Assembly (NCBI GenBank): GCA_041910715.1
Contig: JAYRQH010000342.1
Span: forward strand, 1 to 31,187
Length of the DNA: 31,187 nt
DNA from: Bergeyella sp.
Lineage (GTDB): Bacteria; Bacteroidota; Bacteroidia; Flavobacteriales; Weeksellaceae
Direction of reading: 5' to 3'
The position numbers and the translations under genes were made by a program. Shown here in pieces: positions 1-8,411 of this stretch (its first letter is position 1; every line of letters begins with the position of its first letter). The notes beneath the pieces were generated by a model. That model had not been told where the DNA came from. It ran no database searches and was given only the letters and a program-made list of their open reading frames with translations.

Positions 1-2398
1 GAATTGTGAATGAAGTAACATTTCCCAAATTTTGATTTAAAATGTCATTTCCACCTGCCGAAGTTCCAATTCGGATTCGGTAGCCTGTCGCAGCAGGACT
101 TGCTGTCCACGTTATTGTCGGATTTATTGAAACATTTGTCGCGTTATTTGTTGGAAGCGTAATATTCGAACAGGTCGGAATTGTAACTGGAGGATTTTCC
201 GTTGTAAAACGATGTTCCAAACATCCTGTTGCATCGCCCGCATCATTAAACGGAATGATTCTCACATAATAGTTCGTACTGTAATTTAAATTTGAAGGAA
301 GCGTGAATGAAGTAACATTTCCTAAATTTTGGTTTAAAATATCATTTCCACCTGCCGAAGTTCCAATTCGGATTCGGTAGCCTGTCACAGCAGAAATTGC
401 TGTCCACGTTATTGTCGGATTTATTGAAACATTCGTTGCGTTGTTTGCTGGAAGTGTAATATTTGAACAGGTCGGAATTGTAATTGGAGGATTTTCCGTT
501 ATAAAAGAGTATTCACTACAATTTGAAGTTGCTGAGGCAGCATCGTACGGCGTTATCCGCACATAATAAGTCGTAGCCGGTGCAAGATCTGTAGGATGAT
601 TGTAGGTTGTGACATTTCCTACGTTGACATTATTCAGAATATTTGTGCCACCCGACGTGGTACCGATAGACAATCGATAACCCGCGGCATTGGCAATAGC
701 ATTCCAAGAAATATTGGTTGAAACCGAAACATTTACAGCATTCGGCGTCGGCAAAATCATGGCTGGGCATGGAAGTACCACAGGTTGCAGTTCATAAACA
801 CCGAGGTCAATTGACGAACCAGCCAGTCGGGGTAGATTAGCTATATCCGTTGAAGATCCGACAGGCGTAGTGGAAACTTGGTTAAACAGAGAATTGGCAC
901 CATAATTAATAGCTGGACTTGTTTGTTGTAAGCGAAAATTAGTCGAGTTATTTACAAAAAGAGGATTGACACCAATTAAATTCGCGGTTCCAAGATTGTA
1001 CTCTTGTACGATATTTCGGCGAATGTCTTTGTCACTAGCATCTTGATTCGCAATTTCGGGATGAACATCCGCACGAAAACCTCCTGTTTTTCCTGTATTT
1101 TGGTAAAATATCGAATTGTATATTTGAGAAATATTTCGGCTTGTATCCGAGTTTGAATTACTTGGGATAATGAAGGCCGTATTTGTATTACCTAGAAAAG
1201 TGGAATTCGTGACCGCGACATTTCGATAATTAAAGATAGCGCCACCTTTGTCACTTGCTCTGTTATTACGGAAAAGGGCATTTGTAATTTTTAAACCTCC
1301 CTCGCTAAAGTTATAAATCGCACCCCCTTGTTGCGCCGAATTATCATGAAACTCGGATTTATCTATTGTAGAAACTTCCGAAAATCGATGATTGTAGATT
1401 GCACCACCTTTTTCGCTAACCGTATTAGCTCTAAAAATTGTGCTGGAAACAAACCACTCTCCAAAGCTGCTTGAGATAGCTCCTCCAACACGTGCCTGAT
1501 TGCCTGCGAATTGCGAATTCTCTAGTGTAAGTTTATCATTTGAGATATAAATTGCTCCGCCTTCCTCCCCTTTGTTCCTTGTGAACTGATTGTTTTTTAA
1601 TGTTACATCATCACCATTAATGTAAATCCCACCACCTAGGCCTTCGGAGGTATTATTTTCGAATGTTGTATTTTCAAGCTGAAAATTTCGACCCCACGTA
1701 TAAATAGCACCTCCAGGAATCTGCGCGTAATTATTTCTGAACAGCGAATTTCGGATGGTAACATTTTGCGCCCAGTTATGGATAGCTCCACCGCCGTTTT
1801 GTCCGTAAGGATATGATTTATAATTACTTCGATTATTTTCGAAAGTGCAATTATCTAGTGTGATTGCACCTCTAGAGCCATGTTGCAAATACACAGCACC
1901 GGCACCTCGACTTCCATCAGAAATGTTGTTTCTGAAGATTGCATTGGAAATACTTAGAGTATTGCATTGTACCACAATAGCACCGCCACCCCCATTATCT
2001 CCATCCACATATCCGTTTATAAAATTAACCCCATCTATGCTGTTGTTATCATACAGAACACGCATTATTTGTGTCGCATTTTGGCCATTGAGATTTGTTG
2101 GGTATACAGCATAATCTCGCGTTGTACCGGTGCCGCTATATCCACCATTGATCCGTACCGTATATCCCCAATCTAAAATCATAGTTGATGTGATGGGATA
2201 ATTACCTTGACGAAGTCTCAGTTCGTAGTTTCCAGAGGTAAGATCGGCGATTGCACCTTGCAGTGTTTTTGCATTTGCCCACGAACTTCCGTTTTGGCTT
2301 CCAGAACCTGCTGGCGAGACATACCAAATTATTTGACCCGAAAGTACAAGAGAAAAAATAGAAAATAAAATACTAAAAAAAATAGAAATTTTTCGCAT
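1..2398 (-). CDS. Large secreted surface protein, partial (C-terminus beyond left edge): signal peptide, right-handed beta-helix (Pmp-like FxxN...GGAI repeats), choice-of-anchor Q motif, Cys-bracketed FN3-like repeats; probable T9SS cargo/adhesin
   Basis: Manual translation from ATG 2398 stays open to base 1 (799 codons, no stop), so it is absent from the ORF track. Starts MRKISIFFSILFSIFSLVLSGQIIWYVSPAGSGSQNGSSWANA. About 10 GGAI-like motifs, each paired with an F-x-x-N motif. Contains NPLFVNNSTNFRLQQTSPAINYG...RLAGSSIDLGVYE, then ~99-aa repeats such as CSNITLPANNATNVSINPTITW...GYRIRIGTSAGGNDIL. The T9SS CTD is not visible in the window. Confidence 0.88.
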   Translation of the reverse strand, partial: MRKISIFFSILFSIFSLVLSGQIIWYVSPAGSGSQNGSSWANAKTLQGAIADLTSGNYELRLRQGNYPITSTMILDWGYTVRINGGYSGTGTTRDYAVYPTNLNGQNATQIMRVLYDNNSIDGVNFINGYVDGDNGGGGAIVVQCNTLSISNAIFRNNISDGSRGAGAVYLQHGSRGAITLDNCTFENNRSNYKSYPYGQNGGGAIHNWAQNVTIRNSLFRNNYAQIPGGAIYTWGRNFQLENTTFENNTSEGLGGGIYINGDDVTLKNNQFTRNKGEEGGAIYISNDKLTLENSQFAGNQARVGGAISSSFGEWFVSSTIFRANTVSEKGGAIYNHRFSEVSTIDKSEFHDNSAQQGGAIYNFSEGGLKITNALFRNNRASDKGGAIFNYRNVAVTNSTFLGNTNTAFIIPSNSNSDTSRNISQIYNSIFYQNTGKTGGFRADVHPEIANQDASDKDIRRNIVQEYNLGTANLIGVNPLFVNNSTNFRLQQTSPAINYGANSLFNQVSTTPVGSSTDIANLPRLAGSSIDLGVYELQPVVLPCPAMILPTPNAVNVSVSTNISWNAIANAAGYRLSIGTTSGGTNILNNVNVGNVTTYNHPTDLAPATTYYVRITPYDAASATSNCSEYSFITENPPITIPTCSNITLPANNATNVSINPTITWTAISAVTGYRIRIGTSAGGNDILNQNLGNVTSFTLPSNLNYSTNYYVRIIPFNDAGDATGCLEHRFTTENPPVTIPTCSNITLPTNNATNVSINPTITWTASPAATGYRIRIGTSAGGNDILNQNLGNVTSFTI
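6..500. repeat. Intragenic direct repeat with 297-bp period (copies 6..203 and 303..500); a more diverged third unit lies at ~490..770
   Basis: By-eye alignment gives about 13 mismatches in 198 nt (~93% identity). The offset of 297 nt equals 99 codons. Domain-opening Cys codons lie at 769, 469 and 172. Confidence 0.92.
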
Positions 2399-2447
2399 AC
2401 TGTTTCAGCTACCTTCTACCAATTTTCATGGTTTCACACGCTTTCTA

Positions 2448-2455
2448 CAAATATA
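2448..2455 (-). promoter_or_regulatory. Bacteroidota -7 promoter element (TATATTTG) for the surface-protein gene
   Basis: Matches TAnnTTTG, with a TTG 18 nt upstream and the ATG ~50 nt downstream. Confidence 0.65.
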
Positions 2456-2474
2456 AAACCCTATTTTTTCGCGC

Positions 2475-2492
2475 AATTAACATCTGTTAATT
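2475..2492. promoter_or_regulatory. Inverted repeat AATTAAC-ATCT-GTTAATT, candidate Crp/Fnr-family operator
   Basis: Perfect 7-bp arms with a 4-nt spacer, abutting the -33 region of the promoter above. It overlaps the stop codon of the Crp/Fnr gene. Confidence 0.35.
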
Positions 2493-3083
2493 TTTACTTT
2501 TTCGTTGCTTATCGCTTCGAATTCGTGAAATGGTTATGGGGCTCACATTAAGCCTCGATGCGATGTGTTTTAGTGGTACGATATCTAGATATCGCGGATA
2601 CTGTTTTTCTATTAATTGATAATTTGAAGTAGCATCGTTTGAAAACATCAAATTGGTAATCGAAAAAACATAGATTAAGTAATCTTCCATCAGCGCATTA
2701 CCAAACAACGACCAATCGTGATAAGTCGCGTAAAGCTCCACCAAATCGTTGCGATCGATATACATCACTTCCGAATCTTCATACAATTGTATGTTCATGT
2801 AATTCGGCGTACCATCTCTGAAGCTTGCCATATCGGTGAGAAATTTCATTTCAGGTTCGATCCAGAGTGTTTGTTCCTCACCATCATCAGAAATACGATA
2901 CGCCCTCGAAATGGATTTTTCCGCAATAAATAATTCTGAAATAACATCGCCGGAATTTACAATATGATCGCCCGCTTGAACTTCCATACATCTGAATTTC
3001 TTAAGACCTTCTTCCAGGCTATTACGATCAAAATTGGGATGAAATTGAAGAATTTTTTCTTTTAAAAGATGCTTAAAGCTCAT
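2487..3083 (-). CDS. Crp/Fnr family transcriptional regulator (cNMP-binding-like domain plus C-terminal HTH)
   Basis: 198 aa. N-terminal beta-roll pattern (VQAGDHIVNSGD...RAYRISDDGEEQTL...FLTDMASF) and C-terminal HTH VPLKHIASRLNVSPITISRIR, typical of Bacteroidota Crp proteins. Confidence 0.85.
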   Translation of the reverse strand: MSFKHLLKEKILQFHPNFDRNSLEEGLKKFRCMEVQAGDHIVNSGDVISELFIAEKSISRAYRISDDGEEQTLWIEPEMKFLTDMASFRDGTPNYMNIQLYEDSEVMYIDRNDLVELYATYHDWSLFGNALMEDYLIYVFSITNLMFSNDATSNYQLIEKQYPRYLDIVPLKHIASRLNVSPITISRIRSDKQRKSKN

Positions 3084-3176
3084 TTTTACTTTTCAACAAA
3101 TAGTATGCAAAACATCGGAATATTCAACACTAAATTGGAATTAGTAAATTTACGACGGATTAAGAATAAAAAAATG

Positions 3177-4154
3177 ATGAAAAATCTACTTGCAATTGCT
3201 CTGTTTTTCTTTAGCTCTATTGCATTTGCTCAAAATAATGAGGCCTACAAAATACCCAATTCATTAATACCTAATTCCTGGGGACACAACATTGAAAAAG
3301 ACAAAAATTTTCCAAAAAACCCGGGTATTTTTGACAAGTCGGCAGCCACACGATTATACGACAACGCGGATGCTGATCAAATCAACTTTATTTATGCCGA
3401 TATCATTTCCAAAAAAAACAATAGTGAAGTGGGCGTAATTCATTTTCAATTTACATCCAACACCAGTGCAGAAACGGAATCTCAAAAGATAAAGGATGAT
3501 GGTACAAACAGAAGAGTTTATTTAAAAAAGGGCAGTTTAATCTCAACCGTTTTTTGTGATAACGAATCTGACAAAAATCTGGTCGATAAAATTGCCAACT
3601 ACTTTGAAAATACTTTAAAAATGGAACGTTTTTTCCCAACAGTTGAAGCTATTCCAGTGGATACGGTTTCGGTGGCCTCTTCTAGTGACGAGGATTATAC
3701 ATCGATTTCCGAAGTCATTATGGACACAACGACTATCGTTACATCTTTTAAGTTTGATCACTATTTGGCGAAAACAACTGTTCAGAAACAACAAGTTCCT
3801 GTTAATTGGAAAAGCAATGCTAAAGCTCAAAAATTTCAAAAACAAATTGAAAATATAATTCAATCCACGGAACCCAATTTTGCTAATTTCTATACACTAG
3901 TTTTTGTTGAAAAAAATTCAAATTATCTAGGATTTATGATGGATTCACGTTCAGGAATTATTTACGAAACACCAACGAGTTGTTTCAGGCCGGAATCTAG
4001 TTTTAATTTTGAAAAAGGCAGTCGTTTATACATTGCAAATATCTGTGAAACCGAGGTTAAAATTGACAGTACTCCGTACGAAGGGTATGAATGGGATGAA
4101 AACGCTAAGGCTTTCAAGAAACTAAAGAAAGTAAATAGGTACATCAATGAATAG
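3177..4154 (+). CDS. Secreted hypothetical protein, probably two domains
   Basis: Long ORF. Start moved from 3069 to ATG 3174/3177 because that gives a signal peptide (MKNLLAIALFFFSSIAFAQ) and removes the overlap with the divergent crp gene. Confidence 0.8.
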   Translation: MKNLLAIALFFFSSIAFAQNNEAYKIPNSLIPNSWGHNIEKDKNFPKNPGIFDKSAATRLYDNADADQINFIYADIISKKNNSEVGVIHFQFTSNTSAETESQKIKDDGTNRRVYLKKGSLISTVFCDNESDKNLVDKIANYFENTLKMERFFPTVEAIPVDTVSVASSSDEDYTSISEVIMDTTTIVTSFKFDHYLAKTTVQKQQVPVNWKSNAKAQKFQKQIENIIQSTEPNFANFYTLVFVEKNSNYLGFMMDSRSGIIYETPTSCFRPESSFNFEKGSRLYIANICETEVKIDSTPYEGYEWDENAKAFKKLKKVNRYINE

Positions 4155-4173
4155 ATTCAGAAATAAAATAATG

Positions 4174-4207
4174 AAAAATCCGCTTCAAAACTGAAACGGA
4201 TTTTTTT
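4174..4207. terminator. Bidirectional intrinsic terminator between convergent genes
   Basis: AAAAATCCG-CTTCA-AAAC-TGAAA-CGGATTTTTTT hairpin, flanked by A and T tracts. Confidence 0.75.
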
Positions 4208-4236
4208 ATACAGTATCAAACTTGAATGCAATCACT

Positions 4237-6612
4237 TTAGTTTTTACCCGCAGCCTGCATTGGATTTACACGTCCATTCGAAGCGCCACGAATACTACCA
4301 CCTCCCTTCTCTTTAAAAACCGAAAATTTCGATGGTGCTTCTTGTGCTGAACCATCTGAAGACCAATAGTTATTGCCAATATTGATGTCGGCTGTTTCTT
4401 TCATCGGATCCAATTGTACCGACTTCAACTTCTTTGCAAAATAGTACGATTTAGACACATTATTCTCGTTATGTCGCCAGATCTGGGCATTGATTTTATC
4501 GTTTAGCTTTGAGCCGTCTTCAAAAGTAAACTCTAAAATAATAGGCATGACCAGACCTCCTTTATTAGAAAAATCGAGTTGATATGCGTACACATTTCCT
4601 TTTGCTTTCTGATCTTTATCAGAAACTTTTTCCAGCTCTGGAGCTTTTGAGGTATAAACTTTTGTGTTATCCACTTTTTCTTGTCCTCGATCGTAGCGAT
4701 AATAAAAATCCTGCAGCGATTTATCTTTGTCTACTTCAAACTGAATTGACTTATCGGCTTTATTTCGTACTTTAGAAATATCTTCAAAATCATGAACTTG
4801 AGGCTTATCAACAGTGTACGTTCGATCTTTCATCTCTGGGATTGAAGCGTAATCGGCTGTTGCGAATGTCACTTTATCTAAGGAAATATCCACTGGGTCG
4901 GTCCCGTAAAACCAACCTCTCCAGAACCAATCCAGATCTTCGCCACTGGCATCTTCCATCGTTCTGAAAAAATCGGATGGCTCCGGATGACGAAAAGCCC
5001 AACGTTGTGCATATGTCTTGAAAGCTTTATCAAATAATGCTCTACCCATAATGGTTTCGCGAAGTATGTTGAGACCTGTAGCAGGTTTAGAGTATGCGTT
5101 AGGGCCAAACTGACGAATATTTTCAGAATTGGTCATAATGGGTTCCAGCTGATCTTTTGGAAGTTTCATGTAATCGACAATTGTCCACGCTGGACCTCTC
5201 CTTGATGGAAATGTCGGATCCCATCGTTCTTCGGTAAGATATTCAACAAAGGTGTTTAAACCTTCATCCATCCACGTCCATTGGCGTTCGTCTGAATTCA
5301 CAATCATTGGGAAAAAATTGTGCCCAACCTCATGAATGATAACGCCTAACATTCCGTTTTTGGTTGCTTCCGAATACGTACCATCCCTTTCAGTACGCCC
5401 ATAGTTAAAGCAAATCATCGGATACTCCATTCCGTTTGCCGCTTCAACCGATTGCGCTGTTGGATACGGATAAGGAATAGTATATTCTGAGTACGTTTTT
5501 ATGGTATGTGCAACTGCTTTTGTGGAATATTTTCTATATAAACCATAGGCTTCCTTACCATAGAAACTCATGGCCATTACTTTATTATTATTTTCAGGGA
5601 TTACAACGCCCATTGCATCCCAGGCAAATTTACGTGAGGATGTCCACGCAAAATCACGCACATCATTCGCCTCGAAAATCCATGTTTTCCGTTGTTTTGA
5701 TTTTGATTTTTCGGCTTTCTTAGCCTCATCAAGAGTTACAATTTCCACAGGTTCTTTAGAGTTTTCTGCCTGCTTGTAACGAGCTAATTGCGCCGAGTTA
5801 AGTACTTGAGAATAGTTTTTCACGATTCCGGTTCCGCCAACAACATGGTCCGCAGGCACATTCACGCTTACTTTATAATCTCCGAAAGGCAATGCAAACT
5901 CTCCTCTTCCTGTGAACTGATGATTTTGCCATCCATGAAAATCGCTATAAACACACATTCTCGGAAACCATTGGGTCATGGTATATAAATCGTTGCCGTC
6001 TTCAGGAAAGTATTCGTAGCCGCCACGACCGCCCATTGCCATACGATCGGATATTTTATAATTCCAATCGAGCTTAAATGAAATTTTTTCACCTTTTTTT
6101 AAAGGCTTAGGAAGATCAATACGCATCATTGTCTTATTAATAGTATAAGGCAATGATTTTCCAGAAAGGTCGGTTAGTTTCTCGATTTGGACACCGTAAC
6201 CATTGTCCGGCACAGGCAATTGGGAAACTTCAAGCTTATCGTAGTTAATTGATTTTGGCAGGGTGGATGAAAATGGAAAATCAGCGCTACGAACTGTTGA
6301 ATGTTCGTTTTCATCCAACTGCAGCCATAAATAATCCAAATCATCAGGTGAATTGTTGTGGTAGGTTATGGTTTCTGACCCTTTCAAATGACGTTTCTCT
6401 TCATCCAAATAGGCCGAAATATCATAATCTGCCCTGTTTTGCCAATATTGACTTCCTGGAGCTCCCGATGCCGATCGAAAGACATTCGGTGTAGGCAACA
6501 ATGGCCCCAATTGCTCAAATTTGTTGCCGTGATTGCTCCCTGGATTATGCTGAAGATTTTGCGCTTTCGCCAAAATACTTAAACAAAGCAGTATACCAAC
6601 TTTGAATTTCAT
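4237..6612 (-). CDS. M1 family zinc aminopeptidase, secreted
   Basis: 791 aa with a signal peptide, GMEYP exopeptidase motif, HEVGH (HEXXH) and the downstream Glu in WMDEG. Confidence 0.92.
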   Translation of the reverse strand: MKFKVGILLCLSILAKAQNLQHNPGSNHGNKFEQLGPLLPTPNVFRSASGAPGSQYWQNRADYDISAYLDEEKRHLKGSETITYHNNSPDDLDYLWLQLDENEHSTVRSADFPFSSTLPKSINYDKLEVSQLPVPDNGYGVQIEKLTDLSGKSLPYTINKTMMRIDLPKPLKKGEKISFKLDWNYKISDRMAMGGRGGYEYFPEDGNDLYTMTQWFPRMCVYSDFHGWQNHQFTGRGEFALPFGDYKVSVNVPADHVVGGTGIVKNYSQVLNSAQLARYKQAENSKEPVEIVTLDEAKKAEKSKSKQRKTWIFEANDVRDFAWTSSRKFAWDAMGVVIPENNNKVMAMSFYGKEAYGLYRKYSTKAVAHTIKTYSEYTIPYPYPTAQSVEAANGMEYPMICFNYGRTERDGTYSEATKNGMLGVIIHEVGHNFFPMIVNSDERQWTWMDEGLNTFVEYLTEERWDPTFPSRRGPAWTIVDYMKLPKDQLEPIMTNSENIRQFGPNAYSKPATGLNILRETIMGRALFDKAFKTYAQRWAFRHPEPSDFFRTMEDASGEDLDWFWRGWFYGTDPVDISLDKVTFATADYASIPEMKDRTYTVDKPQVHDFEDISKVRNKADKSIQFEVDKDKSLQDFYYRYDRGQEKVDNTKVYTSKAPELEKVSDKDQKAKGNVYAYQLDFSNKGGLVMPIILEFTFEDGSKLNDKINAQIWRHNENNVSKSYYFAKKLKSVQLDPMKETADINIGNNYWSSDGSAQEAPSKFSVFKEKGGGSIRGASNGRVNPMQAAGKN

Positions 6613-6645
6613 ACAAAAAATATTAAAAAAATAACGATTTCATTA

Positions 6646-6653
6646 CAAATGTA
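6646..6653 (-). promoter_or_regulatory. -7 element TACATTTG for the M1 peptidase gene
   Basis: Matches TAnnTTTG, 33 nt upstream of the ATG. Confidence 0.6.
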
Positions 6654-6678
6654 AAGAATCATTAGTAGATATAAAACA

Positions 6679-7257
6679 TTAAAACGGAATTCTTTCAAGA
6701 CACATTTGCATTGCTAAAGCAAAAACACCTGAAGAAACGAACATTATCCAATCTTTCTTTTGAACATGGAATAAGCGTAGAAGAATAAATAACAAAAACA
6801 TAAGAATAATAACTACGACGATTTGTCCCAGTTCCAAACCAATGTTAAAACCCAGTAGAGGTATAAAAATCGATTGTTCTGATGCCATTGTCATCCGAGC
6901 CAAATTGGCAAAACCCATCCCATGTATGAGTCCAAATACCAATGCTAAATAGTAGTTCATCCTCATCAGTCTGTGCGGTTTGTTGCGCATCAAAATATTA
7001 TCAAACGAAGTAATAGCAATGGTTAGCGGAATTAAAAACTCTACCCAATCCGAAGGGACACGGAACACGTCCAGCACACTTAAAGCCAAGGTGATGGAAT
7101 GTCCAATGGTAAATGCGGTAACCAAGATGAGAATTTTTTTATAGTCGTTATACGCATACACAGCGATTAAAGCTAAAATAAATAATTGATGGTCAAAAGC
7201 GTCCAAAGAAATGATGTGTTCCCACCCTAATTTTAAATAAAAAATAAAGTCTTGCAT
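6679..7257 (-). CDS. HupE/UreJ family (HupE_UreJ_2-like) membrane protein
   Basis: 192 aa, multiple TM helices, with motifs GWEHII, DHQLFIL, FTIGHSITL, FGLIHGMGFA and FNIGLELGQ. Confidence 0.85.
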   Translation of the reverse strand: MQDFIFYLKLGWEHIISLDAFDHQLFILALIAVYAYNDYKKILILVTAFTIGHSITLALSVLDVFRVPSDWVEFLIPLTIAITSFDNILMRNKPHRLMRMNYYLALVFGLIHGMGFANLARMTMASEQSIFIPLLGFNIGLELGQIVVVIILMFLLFILLRLFHVQKKDWIMFVSSGVFALAMQMCLERIPF

Positions 7258-7316
7258 AGTTCATGAGTTTGCCGACGAAAATAATGATTATTTTTGAGGC
7301 TTAAAGAGTATTAGAA

Positions 7317-7820
7317 ATGAAAAAGTGGCTTGCTTCCTTCTTTTTTTTGGTTTTTTATTTTTGTTTCACTTCATTTACTACACATCCGTACCACGTAGGT
7401 TCGGTAGAATTTAATTACAACAAAAAGTCACAAACTTTCGAAATCACGGGACGTTTTTTTACCGATGATCTTGAAAATGCAGTATCTCAAAAAACAGGGA
7501 AAGTGCTGCGCTTTCACGATAATAAGCAAAGGGAGCTGATGAATAAAGCCTTGGAATCTTACGCCTCTGAATACTTAAAACTGAAAGTAAACTCCGATTT
7601 TGTAACGGTGAACTACCTTGGATTTGAAGAAGACCGGGAGAGCGTAAACATCTACTTGGAGTCGGCACCCGTTCGCGATCCAAAAAAAATAGAAACCGCC
7701 GTAAGTTTACTTTACAACTTATATGATGATCAATTAAACATCATACACATTATCATTAACGGTACTCGAAAATCCTCAAGATTAGGGTATCCTGACCGTT
7801 ATTTATACCAGCAATTTTAA
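7317..7820 (+). CDS. DUF6702-like secreted protein
   Basis: 167 aa. A signal peptide is followed by HPYHVGSVEFNYN...FFTDDLE, which I recognise as the Bacteroidota DUF6702 pattern. A TATTTTTG element lies upstream. Confidence 0.72.
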   Translation: MKKWLASFFFLVFYFCFTSFTTHPYHVGSVEFNYNKKSQTFEITGRFFTDDLENAVSQKTGKVLRFHDNKQRELMNKALESYASEYLKLKVNSDFVTVNYLGFEEDRESVNIYLESAPVRDPKKIETAVSLLYNLYDDQLNIIHIIINGTRKSSRLGYPDRYLYQQF

Positions 7821-7821
7821 T

Positions 7822-8403
7822 TTAAAATTGAGATGCAACCACGTTGACATGCCGTACTAAATCAGGAAAAAATGCTTCGTAAAAACTCTTCAGATCTTTT
7901 TTATGTTGCAAAAATAGCGGGAAGACATCCAAATTTTTATCCAAATATTTTGCTTTATTAAGTACATTCCGCATACTAAATTCAACGCCCCAATCTTCCC
8001 GATAATTGTATAACCAATCGTCTGAAGACATACGCGCCAAAATACGGTGAAAAGGCTCTGGAAACAAGGAGTCGTGCGTTTTTAAAACACGATATACGTG
8101 TTGCGAAAACTGCTTCCACTCGCTGGGATTTTTTATCGATGGATCATTGGCTAAAAAATAATCCATGGCCACATCTACAAAAGCTCCAGAATACAAGCGA
8201 ACCAGTGGAGAAAATATTTTTTTAGCTTCCGAAATTGCCGGATGAGAATCGGTGAATGTATCCACTTCCCGATGAAGTATAATTCCCTCCTGAATGGATT
8301 TTGGAAGCAAAAATCGATTTTTATTCTGAATGTGATCCTGCAAAAACTGACCAACAATTTGCTGGTCTGTGAATGTTAAGTAAGAATGAGCAAGATAATT
8401 CAT
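7822..8403 (-). CDS. acpH: Acyl carrier protein phosphodiesterase (AcpH/DUF479)
   Basis: MNYLAHSYL, GIILHREVDTFTDSHP and FVDVAMDYFLA motifs. Confidence 0.85.
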   Translation of the reverse strand: MNYLAHSYLTFTDQQIVGQFLQDHIQNKNRFLLPKSIQEGIILHREVDTFTDSHPAISEAKKIFSPLVRLYSGAFVDVAMDYFLANDPSIKNPSEWKQFSQHVYRVLKTHDSLFPEPFHRILARMSSDDWLYNYREDWGVEFSMRNVLNKAKYLDKNLDVFPLFLQHKKDLKSFYEAFFPDLVRHVNVVASQF

Positions 8404-8411
8404 AGCCGCTT

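Noticed and set aside
1845-2176. Two short plus-strand ORFs that seem to fill an empty region
   Set aside because: They are antisense to the real minus-strand surface-protein CDS that the track missed.
2375-2382. A8 tract in the signal-peptide codons of the surface protein as a phase-variation switch
   Set aside because: It is only 8 nt, in Phe/Ile-rich AT-rich sequence where such runs are common, and the frame is intact. Read-level indels would be needed.
2408-2430. Tiny upstream ORF (MKIGRR*) in the surface-protein leader
   Set aside because: Six codons with no attenuator structure seen. Expected by chance.
3069-3173. N-terminal extension of the hypothetical protein overlapping the crp start
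   Set aside because: It would bury the signal peptide. The segment is better read as the divergent promoter region.
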